Below, in pieces: positions 25,381 to 34,785 of a stretch of 64,000 nt of DNA (position 1 is the first letter of the stretch; the number at the start of each line of letters is the position of its first letter). The translations under genes were made by a program, and so were the position numbers. Origin of the DNA: Lophium mytilinum (Eukaryota); contig MU004189.1 of assembly GCA_010093605.1 (NCBI GenBank), forward strand, positions 1,247,834 through 1,311,833. The letters are read 5' to 3'. The notes under the pieces are model-generated. The model did no database searches and was not told where the DNA came from. It saw nothing but the letters and a program-made list of their open reading frames with translations.

Positions 25381-25900
25381 GGGGTGCTTCTTACAGTGGT
25401 GTTAGGCAAGCAAAACTATATTTATAGTGGTAAGATAAGGGCGTGAAATCCAGGCGCTAAGAGGCAATATAAAGGCGGCAGAGGAGGTATAAGACTACCT
25501 TTTGGCATGGCTAATCCGTAACATCCAGAGTGCTCCCGGCAATGGTGTTTAGCAAGAAAATGTAGAGTCAGAGAGATGAGATATCTTATTAGCACAGAAG
25601 CAGAGTGCTAGATTTAAATGCAGGAGAGTAATTTTGGGCCGGAAGTTCGAAATGCGACCACCTTCTCATGCAGCTGAGGAGTTCTAGGTAGGGAACTCCT
25701 TACAGTGGTATTCAGCAAGAAAGTTTAGAGCGGGAGAAGTAAAATCCTTACTAGCAGAGAACTAAGTGTTACATCTAGGTACCAGAGAGTAGCGTTTAGG
25801 CGGGGGGATAAAATTATACTACGTTCTGACATACCCAATGCGTTCTAGCCAGGGTGCTCTTTGAAGTGGTGTTGAGCAACCAAGACTGCAGTCAGAGCAT
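25381..25900. repeat. Degenerate tandem repeat, ~3.3 units of ~146-163 bp
   Basis: Unit starts at 25381 (ggggtgcttcttacagtggtgttaggcaag), 25527, 25690 (agggaactccttacagtggtattcagcaag) and 25851 (agggtgctctttgaagtggtgttgagcaac); units 2 and 3 align along their length. Confidence 0.65.
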
Positions 25901-26163
25901 CGCGTATCCATGTGCCCAAGCTTATGATCTAGCATTTTATATCATTTTCACTCATATGAAGATTAGATATCTCCTGGTCTACTGAGATAAAACCATGCTG
26001 TCATCACATAGTAATCCATAGTTCATTTTAGCAAGCATGCAAAAGAAATGTGTTCCCACTGATTCGACTACTGATGCCACACAGACTGCCTGGAAGGCAC
26101 TGCAAGACTCTATCTAATCATCCCCAATATCAACGCCTCTGTTCGTCGACCTCGTCTCTAGCC

Positions 26164-27144
26164 CTACATCTTCGCCCTCTTCGACGCTGGCGCATCTTCC
26201 GTCTCCTCGCCCCACCTTTTCGTCCCTGCTCTATCCTGCTCTATCCACAACTTCTTCAATTCTTTCGCGCGCTGGTTCTTCTTCTCCCGTTTCTCCCTCA
26301 TGACCCTAGTTGTTACAACCCTCACGTCCTTCAGGTAGTCAATCAGACATTGCTCCCAGCAGAGCACACGAATCCTCGAAGAAGCGTGATTACGCGTTAC
26401 ATCCATCGCCACAACCTCCACCTGGCCCTCCGGCAACTTCCCGATCATCTCGTAACTCCTCTCGCCCACCGCAGGCAGCGTCGCCCCCCGTCCATGCATC
26501 GCCCAATGCTGACCGTACTGAACCTCGTCCACAAGATCGGCGATGGTGCTGAGTGCGAGGCGCCAATACTCACGCTGCCAACGAGTATACCGCTGGGACC
26601 GACCATGCGGAATGAGCGCACCATCAGGACCACAAGCCTCGATGTCTTGAAGCTGCGTCTCGGGCATCGTCAGGTCGACCACGATATGCTTGATGGACGC
26701 GGGCATGCGACGGAATGTGCGAGCCCAGGTTGAGGGGACGTTGAAAGCGCCGTCTAATCCCCCCGTAGCCCTCAGTGGATTTCTGACATGCCCCTCGCTC
26801 TTAGGCGCTTTTTTGACTCGCTCGGCGTCGCGGGTGTAGAGTTGGACTTCGATGGTCTGGAAGCCGGGCCAGGAACGGTTGCTGGACTCGGCGCGCTGCT
26901 TGAGGACGTGGTCGAGGAAGTGGAGCTTGTCCATTCCGGTTGGTGTCTGAATGATGGTGGAGGTGGATGCCGTGGGGAGCCAGCTGGGTATGATCTCTTT
27001 GACGTCGGCGTGAAGCTGGCGGCAGACGGATGCGGCTGGGGACGAGACAGCGAGTCCGTTGGTGCCGAGCTTGATGCCGATCGTGTCACTGAGAATCTTT
27101 TGGCGGATCTCGGCGGGCAAGGAGGTCAGGGTAATGGGAGACAT
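26164..27144 (-). CDS. Hypothetical protein with N-terminal F-box-like motif and basic C-terminal tail; tandem paralog 2
   Basis: MSPITLTSLPAEIRQKIL start; 326 aa, intronless; ends in SKRAKM, like AKRARM of paralog 1. Confidence 0.8.
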   Translation of the reverse strand: MSPITLTSLPAEIRQKILSDTIGIKLGTNGLAVSSPAASVCRQLHADVKEIIPSWLPTASTSTIIQTPTGMDKLHFLDHVLKQRAESSNRSWPGFQTIEVQLYTRDAERVKKAPKSEGHVRNPLRATGGLDGAFNVPSTWARTFRRMPASIKHIVVDLTMPETQLQDIEACGPDGALIPHGRSQRYTRWQREYWRLALSTIADLVDEVQYGQHWAMHGRGATLPAVGERSYEMIGKLPEGQVEVVAMDVTRNHASSRIRVLCWEQCLIDYLKDVRVVTTRVMREKREKKNQRAKELKKLWIEQDRAGTKRWGEETEDAPASKRAKM

Positions 27145-28959
27145 TGTTAAGTATCGGAGGCGGATTTCGAGCTTTCGAGATGCAATTGAGAGAGCAAGAC
27201 TGGATGTGGTGGTGGAGAAGCTGTACGAATGAGGGGTGTAGTGTCAAGGAAAGCTGTGGGCGCCGGGAAGAATTTTTCGATGACGCTTCCCAGCCATCTT
27301 TTAAAAGATACACCTCTCGAAGTCACGTCATATATTTTCTTGGCACTCGCTTCTGCAATGGTGAATGACCACCAGGTCCTAGCGTTCACGATAGTCTAGA
27401 GATTGGATGCCACTACACTTACCAAAGTATACTTGAAGCAGAAACGGAGTAGTTCTTGAGGGTTGCTATGAGCAATGGCTAAGACTCAGCAAGCTTGAAA
27501 GCTCCTGCGTGGTTATCACATGCTCTCAGGATCGGGTTTTAGCAAGCCGCTATAGACGAGGGTTAATCAGCATATTCACTACTCTCGCTTTGGTTGTGTA
27601 TGCAACTTAATTTCGAAGTTGAAGGAAGTTCGACCTGAGCGGAATATCAAGATCTAAGGGATGAAACTTCCCTCCTAGCTAGCATCCGGAAGGGCTCGTA
27701 ATTCTTTACCTTTAGCAACTTGCAAAGCATTGTGGTTTATTTAATCGGCACGATCTTCGGTATCTCAGCTTTCTTCTCAAAAGTAAGCCTGGGGGACACA
27801 CTCACGGCCATCACTAGGCTCGTTAACTATGATTATAGCGGTATTCAAGAGGTCGTTTTCGCAAATCTCACGCTTTAGTGGCCGTCTAGAGTGAAGGTCA
27901 AGAGGGCATACTAGGAATGATTACCGTTGCGGAAATGGAAACTATGGTATCAGTTGGGAGGCCGAGCGACTGTTGACGATACAACAAGCGGGGTCGACCC
28001 AGCCGCGTTACTATGGATGGTAATGCGGTGAAACCACACATATCTGAGCCCTTGGATAAGCAGCCAAGGATTGGAATGTTGGCCCCCGGGGCCGATGTCT
28101 CGCCCATTGCCGGCTCTGGTCATTGCTAGCGATCGAGTCGTGTGCATCGTCCTAATTGGTAATAGCGCATAGACTGCATATTCATAGTGAGTTTTAGAGC
28201 ACTTCCATGCCGCCTCCTGATAGTCAGGTTCATATCACCGAAGCTCAATATGAACCCTCCCCTTCAATACTTCGATGTTTGCTCTCTTGTCCTTCTTCCT
28301 TAGCGGCACGTTACACATGTCTCGCCATTTTAGTTCTTTTCTCCAAGTCCGCTATCACATGTTCAGACGATATCTCCGGCGAGTAACAAGGCTGAGGTTG
28401 GAAGAAGGCTGAACCTCAGCCTTGCCTACCCGATCTACTCGGTATGGTTCCCCGCTTGCCAAGGAGGGTCTGGGCGCAGCCTTGCATGTTCGAACACCAT
28501 CTTGACTATAATTGGAGTCAGCTTTGTGCTGGCATCGGGCTAGCTGCAGGTAAAGTGCTGAAAAGGATCACCAGATTGCTCTGAGCCTCGCTCACGATAC
28601 AGCCACCACCTACTGATCACCAATCCACGACTCTCAATGCCCGTACACGAATAGCAGCGTGCTACCAGTATAGTGGAAATGGCTGTGTAGTGTATGATTC
28701 CAGCCCCGGGACCAAACTTGTGGCATGATCTTATCTTTCCGATCGGCATAATTGGACAGAATATGCTGTGCCCAAGGAACGCCTTGGGACCCACGTATCT
28801 GTGCACCACCACTATTATGTACAAAGCTACCCTTGTGCTACCGTCCCAGCGTGGGGAAGTCGTACAAAAGGTAGTAGTCCATCTAGACTTAAAGTCATGA
28901 AGCGCCCTCGGAAACTCTAAGCTTGTATTGCAAATCTTCATCCAACTGTCGTTAAGAAA

Positions 28960-30672
28960 ATGGGTGCATACGTTTCGAAGAACATCTGCCAGTCGGACTG
29001 GGGGGTGGATATGAACTGCACAGTCAGCACGAACAAGTCAACCGGCCACCTCATCATCGGAGGACTTCAGTATGGAGAGTTTGAGGGCGATCCAGATATC
29101 GCTGGCGTTGGTGTAAGTGGAAATGGGAGAAAACTATAAGAACAACGTGCTAACATTTCCGTCTTACCCTAGGTATTCTATGTCTTCTTTTCCATCGCAG
29201 CAACAGCTCTATCGATGAGCATGCTGTATCTGGGTCTTCAAATTCTCAAATATGTACCTTTGACCGGAATCAACGTGATTCATCGAATCCAAGAGCATGA
29301 GAAGTATGTTCCTCTCCTCATCTTCAACCATACTAGCTGACTTCTTGTTCCCATAGAGAAAAGGACACCATCTCCAAACGAGTCGCTTGGTCCGACGTCA
29401 TAGAAGGGATCATACTCAGCTGCAGCGACCAACAAATCTTTACTTCTGGGGCCTATGCTATCACCCTCCGCTACGCACAAGGCTGTAAAATTTCCGCTTA
29501 CCACTACAACATCGTCGGTAACATGTAAGGCTGGAAACCCCCGAGTTCATTGGAGATAGGAATTCGTATCGAAACAGGATGCTCATGACATGTGCTACAC
29601 ACCTAATGTCAGTGACGGTCGTTAGTCAATACTGGAAACATAAGATCCTCGCCGTCGTCCGGATCCTCCTCGTCACCGGGCTGTACATTGCTACCGGCCT
29701 CCTGCTCGCCAACCAGAACGTCGCCCAGACACCGCGATGGCCGACCAATGTCCCGAAACGTAATGAGACCGACTCTCTCCTAGTGCTTCATGCAGCATGC
29801 TTTCAATCGGACACTGCGGGTGTTTTGAAGCAGACCCTAGACGACAGTTTCAAGGATTCAGACTCTTTTTTCGACAAGACGCTTCTCAATTCAACGCCCA
29901 ACAACAAGATCGTGGGCTGGAACTTCTTCATCTTGATGGTACTATGGTATGGGTTCGCCATCATTGCGGAAATAGTCCGCCTCTGGTACCATCGCCGCAG
30001 TCGTGCGGACGCTCACCAACGCGCTCAGCGCAAGGGCCCAGCAAAATGGGTCTACTACATCTTCTGGTTCTATCAATTTGGCGGAGCTGTATTTTGTACT
30101 GTTGCTATCATCTACTCATTCGTTTACATCCGAAGACTCCGAAGCTGGATGGGACACTCGGGATGGATTCAGCCAGATGATGGGAAGAACCCAGAGAGTG
30201 TTCCTTACACTTTCGGGCAGCTTGTACCAATCTTCTTGACGCTTTTGACATTGTTTACTTTCTGTCAACTTATTGGGGGTATGTGCCCTCCCACTACACC
30301 AAGAGATGGGTTGAAGGCTAACATAATTTCTCAGACAAATTCAGCGAGCGCCGCCATCGTGGGGGAACCAACGATACAGAAACCGGCCAGCACGCCCTAC
30401 CGACCCAAAATGGCTCTCCGTTGTTGCCGTATTCCCCGCTTTCGGATAAGAAGGATGATTATACCGTCACTGTGGCCTCAGCTCCCATTACGCCAAGTCT
30501 TCAGATCGATGAGCCGCAGCTGTTCCCGTCTCCGATACTGCAGCAAAGACCCCCAATGAGGCCGAGCAATCTTTCGAGTCCCTCGATGGCATCAAATAGC
30601 CCGTCTAGCTCACCACTGATGTCAAGCCCAGGGAGTCCCGCTGCACCTCATAATGACGCCCATGAACGTTGA
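28960..30672 (+). CDS. Uncharacterised fungal multi-pass membrane protein (DPDIAG.G / SDQQ / C-S-YH / TFGQ family), multi-exon
   Basis: MGAYVSKNIC... GDPDIAGVG|VFYVFF; SDQQIFTSGAY; GCKISAYHYNIV; YTFGQLVPIFL. The last intron (~30279-30334) joins to the frame ending at 30672. Confidence 0.8.
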
Positions 30673-30826
30673 TCTTGAAGTTATCGGCATATGATCGCGT
30701 TAACTGATTCGCGGAGACTCTTACGACAGTTCCAACGATGATCTAGTTGATATGAGTATTGTTTTGATTGGTCGAGCTTTACAAGATATGATGACTTTTC
30801 GGAAGCGTGAGGACGTCTATAATGGA

Positions 30827-31097
30827 CAGGGCTACCCTTCAATCAACGAGTTGACTTGTTGATTGATTGATTGACGTTTCTGTCAATCAATTCAATCAAC
30901 GGGCCTTCTGGGAAAGGTTCAATCAATCAATACGGGGGGCCTAAATCGGTTGACCATACAAACGTTCGTGAACTTTGTCAATATTGTCAATATTGACGGG
31001 TTCAATCAATCAATCAACGGCGACACCTGCTGACTAAGCTGTCAATTCAATCAATGGCGACCCCCTCCGTTGATTGATTGAATTGACGGCAGCCCTG
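30827..31097. mobile_element. Non-autonomous hAT-superfamily MITE (271 bp)
   Basis: Perfect 8-bp TSD ATAATGGA (30819-30826 and 31098-31105); TIRs CAGGGCTACC / GGCAGCCCTG (9/10); many internal TCAA/TTGA repeats in both orientations. Confidence 0.9.
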
Positions 31098-31289
31098 ATA
31101 ATGGATGAAACGATATTTACGATATGAATTCACTCTAGCCCATAGTGATTTAGTAACCTCTTGCCATTACGTAGAAGTAATAAAATAAATCATAAGGCAT
31201 TGAGCATTCGCACCACCAGTCTGCTTTCCCCGCGCTTGTCGTTCAGGACCGGCGTCTCGGTTCCTTTCCATACCCGGTTCTGTTACATC

Positions 31290-32520
31290 AGACAGGTATA
31301 TATTTGAGCCGAAAGGGAAGTTGGGGTGCCTTCAAACCTCTCCCTGGCTTTCGTTGCCGAGCTATGGTAAGCTTTGTCTTTGCCTTGACGACAAACTTGG
31401 AGTTATCCGCAACCGACAACTCAAAAGAAGGGGAGCCGTAGCTGACCACCAAGAACCAAGACTTTGACCTTCGTCAGTAGACAACGTAGTGCGAGTTTGC
31501 TGAAGAACTGCTCAAATGCCTGAGCCCAAGAGAACCCATCGACGGGGCTGAGTTTCCTATCCATCATCTCCAGGGGGGCAACGATATAGATCTGGCCGTC
31601 GATGTTTGCCAGCGCGACTTCAAAGATCTAGAACCACTCCGTTTCGGTGGAGGCGCAATAAAAACTAGCCAGCCTCACTGCCATTGACTCCTCAGTCTGG
31701 AGCTTGTGTCTTACTTGATGAGGTGTTTGAGAAGGTCGTTTGGTAAGATACTCGACAGTGCACCGTTCTTCTGCGGCGTTTTCATAGCCATCAAGACCGG
31801 CACGTTTGCGGCATGGAGCTGTTCCATCACGTCCACGCAGAGATCTCTTATGGCAAACCGAGAATGAAAATTTTCTAGAATGATTGATTGCGCGGATCCG
31901 TTTGTGGAAGACCAGTGCCGCAACTTGGGTGACTGCCAGAAGCTGTTGGGTATCGATCGTAATGCTGTGGTGTGGGAGCGTCATTGCCTTAAAGAGTAAT
32001 GATAGCGGTACACTTTCATGGGGTTCCATATGAAGCTATACAATAGGGATACCATAATCTGGGAGAATTGTACGTTCGATAAATACTAGTTTGTGTTCAT
32101 TAACGCGCACGAATGAACTTGCGATCTTAACGGAAGAAGCTAGTGCTATGTTCGTTGCTTACTTACACGTCACTGCGGTACTTATCACGTTGATCCTACG
32201 GTGCATATCTCTGAGCTCTGCCTGCTAATATTACAACGCTAGTCGGTCGATAATAAAGGAGCTCCGTGATATCTGCTTCATAATATCACTGTATCGGAGC
32301 TCAGCTGGTCTTGTGATACTATGAAAGACGTGCTGGAGCTTCCTTCCGTCGTGCCAGTCACGTGCTTGGATCAGGAATTTTGGGATGTAGGCATAAAAAT
32401 CGGCAACCGCCGTCTTCAATCGTTCAGTAGGATGCAGTATAGACACCAGTTCGACGCGCGGAAGAGTTCCTGCAATTTAAAAGATCGCTTTCGTAAGTGT
32501 AACAACATCCTTCTCATTGT
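31290..32520 (-). pseudogene. Degraded NACHT-associated / NLR-like gene (DUF7708-like N-terminal helical region plus degenerate NTPase-like region)
   Basis: Fragments LHPTERLKTAVADFYAYIPKFLIQARDWH...SITRPAELRY, LHAANVPVLMAMK...DLLKHLIK, STETEWF*IFEVAL...QIYIV, interrupted by stops and frame changes; no clear 5' end. Family assignment from recall. Confidence 0.6.
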
Positions 32521-33463
32521 TTATTACAGCCACGCGATAACTCCCCACATACGAAGTGCACAGACCCACTTTTATTTTGAGAGTATATATTTAGTTTTAT
32601 TTTTCAAATCTCCAATTGTTTCGTCGCGGGGCACATGGAGAGATTCAGACATTGAGCACAGTGTGTTTAACAGCGCTTCTCCGCCTGTCGGTGATTAAAA
32701 ATGGGACAATGTGGAGTCACTTCGGTGTGCAGCTCTCCACGCCTGGGTTCGACCCCGGGTAAAAGCAGGTGCAACCCTCTTCTTTTGCATTTTTTATTCT
32801 TTTTCTATCTTTTTACTCTATATCTTTTTTATGCGCGATATAGATTCTACTTATTATACTTTTGCAATCCTATTGGTGCTTCTAGGTCACGTAATAATAA
32901 CATTGAAACCTAGCTCGAGCGGCTCTAAGTAGGTAGATCGAGGGCTCGAAAATTCCCGTTCAACAACCTTAGACGCTTATAGTCTATCTACGGTCGAGCT
33001 AAAGTTCTATAAATACTCCAGGATCTATCAGAGAGTAGACTAAGTGTTAGACCAAGCATGTAGACGGAGGTGATAGATCTCCGTAAGGGTGGTTGTTAGC
33101 GCGTGGTAGCTGGATGAGGAGTTTATGCTTCCACACCAAAAGCGGAAAAATAGTAAGTAGGTCTTCATCGAAACCGTCTGCAGTTTCCATTACTCGAAGA
33201 CTTGACGTGCAAATTCAGAATCCTAAGAGATCTTCCTCGAGGCATGCAGGACATACAGATGATCTCCCTCTTTCCATCCCATCTCCTTCCATCCCGTCTC
33301 CTCTCGTCCCAACTTCTCCAGAATAAAGTTGTCCAATCCAGGCAACCGCACGATGTAAGCGAAAATGCTGTCTACATCACAACGCGCACGAGCTTCCTCT
33401 CTTTCCTCTTCATCGTAAGATCCGCCAGAAGCAGCCCTTCTCGCCGACGTCGACGCCGCCACC

Positions 33464-34577
33464 ATGGGCCGTACAAACGTAAGCTATTATCTTCCTTTCA
33501 TCATGATCGCACATAGCGGCTCTTCTCTGGCCAGCTCGACGGGCCTTCTGTTCGCTGTTGTCCTCTGAATGACTGCCTCTCTCCCAGCTCGTAGCGTTTA
33601 TAGACTCGAGGCTAACGGCAAATAGACTCACAAAACAACGACCGCTGCTGCTCCCGGCCTAGCCGATGACGCCCCTCCTCCTACCGCGAAGCCCCGCCGC
33701 GCCCCCAAGGCCTCAGGCGCCCGCGCCGCGCCCCCTCCCAGCCGCCCGCCGCCGCCCAAGGAGAAGAAGGCGAAGAAGGACAAGAAGGAGAAAGAGCCCG
33801 CGAAGCGCGCCCGGAGTTAGTTCCTCCCGTGATAAGCTCCTCTGATCCTATACTGCGCTGGGTGTTTCGAGATCTTAGGCGCTGTCTTAAGATACTGAGG
33901 GCACTCCAGCAGGAATGGACTTGTGAAGTTTGGAATATAAGAAGCTAATGCATGTGATTCAGAAGATGACGACGACGATGACGAAGAAGAGGAGAAGAAG
34001 CCGGCGAAGAAGGTCAAGAAGGCGAAGAAGCCAGTCCGCGGTTCGTTTCCCTCGTGTCCATCCCGTACAGCCTGATTCATAACGTTATTTTCACGGGTTT
34101 GAAAAGAATCAAACGCTCTGAAGGGCCGCATGGTGTTTGGCTGTTCGGACTAGTTGAATGTAAAGGACTGACGCCTTATTTTAGCACTGACTCTGGAGAC
34201 AGAGACAGACAGCGAGTTGGAGAACCTCCAGCTCAGCCAAGGTACGTCTTACCCTTGATCTGAACTGTCCCCTCAAACGTCCTGAGATTTATCTAAGGGC
34301 TTTGAGGAACTTCAGGGCTCGGCGCCATAATCAATCTAGTAATGTAGATTACTAATGTTCCATTTTAGAGGGAATCGTGGGCCTGTTGCGCCGAGTGCGC
34401 AATTTAGAGGAGGCGCTGTTGCGTTCGGAGCGTGAGAGGAAAGAGGAGCGAGCCGCCCAGCAGAAGAGGAACGAGTTCCTTAAAACTCTCATAATGTCGG
34501 TGCAGGGGTTGGTGGATAGTGGGCTCTTCGCGCTAGATGGGCAGGTTGAACGGCTGGAGCTGAAGGTTTTTAGCTGA
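33464..34577 (+). CDS. Hypothetical 182-aa low-complexity protein (Pro/Ala/Lys-rich, acidic tract, C-terminal coiled coil), five exons
   Basis: Perfect Kozak GCCGCCACCATGG. Exons 33464-33478, 33626-33815, 33963-34040, 34185-34241, 34369-34577 are phase-compatible and open to TGA. Confidence 0.8.
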
Positions 34578-34785
34578 GAGTGTGCCGGGAGGGAAGGGGG
34601 GGGGGGGGGGCGGGTGGACCGGGCGTTGTATAGATAGAAGAAAATTCGAAAGCATCTGGATCTCACCACGGGTAATGACTCCAAATTCGACTCTTTAGTG
34701 ATTACCTGCGCGACTATAAGCTCGGGCCTGTCGCTCATCCCGGTGTGAATTCCGTCTTTTCGAGAGTTCTTCCTCTAATTTTCTC

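Noticed and set aside
26050..26733. 227-aa plus-strand ORF
   Set aside because: Antisense to the F-box-like paralog, which is supported by its duplicate.
28540..28941. 133-aa minus-strand ORF
   Set aside because: No recognisable motif; lies in the promoter region of the 28960 gene.
32675..32767. Canonical tRNA or tRNA-Sec gene
   Set aside because: No D-arm or A-box, no proper anticodon loop, G-G mismatch in the T-stem; kept only as a tRNA-like candidate.
34596..34612. Poly-G run (also poly-C at ~60173-60186)
   Set aside because: Simple homopolymers; not telomeric; no further evidence of function.
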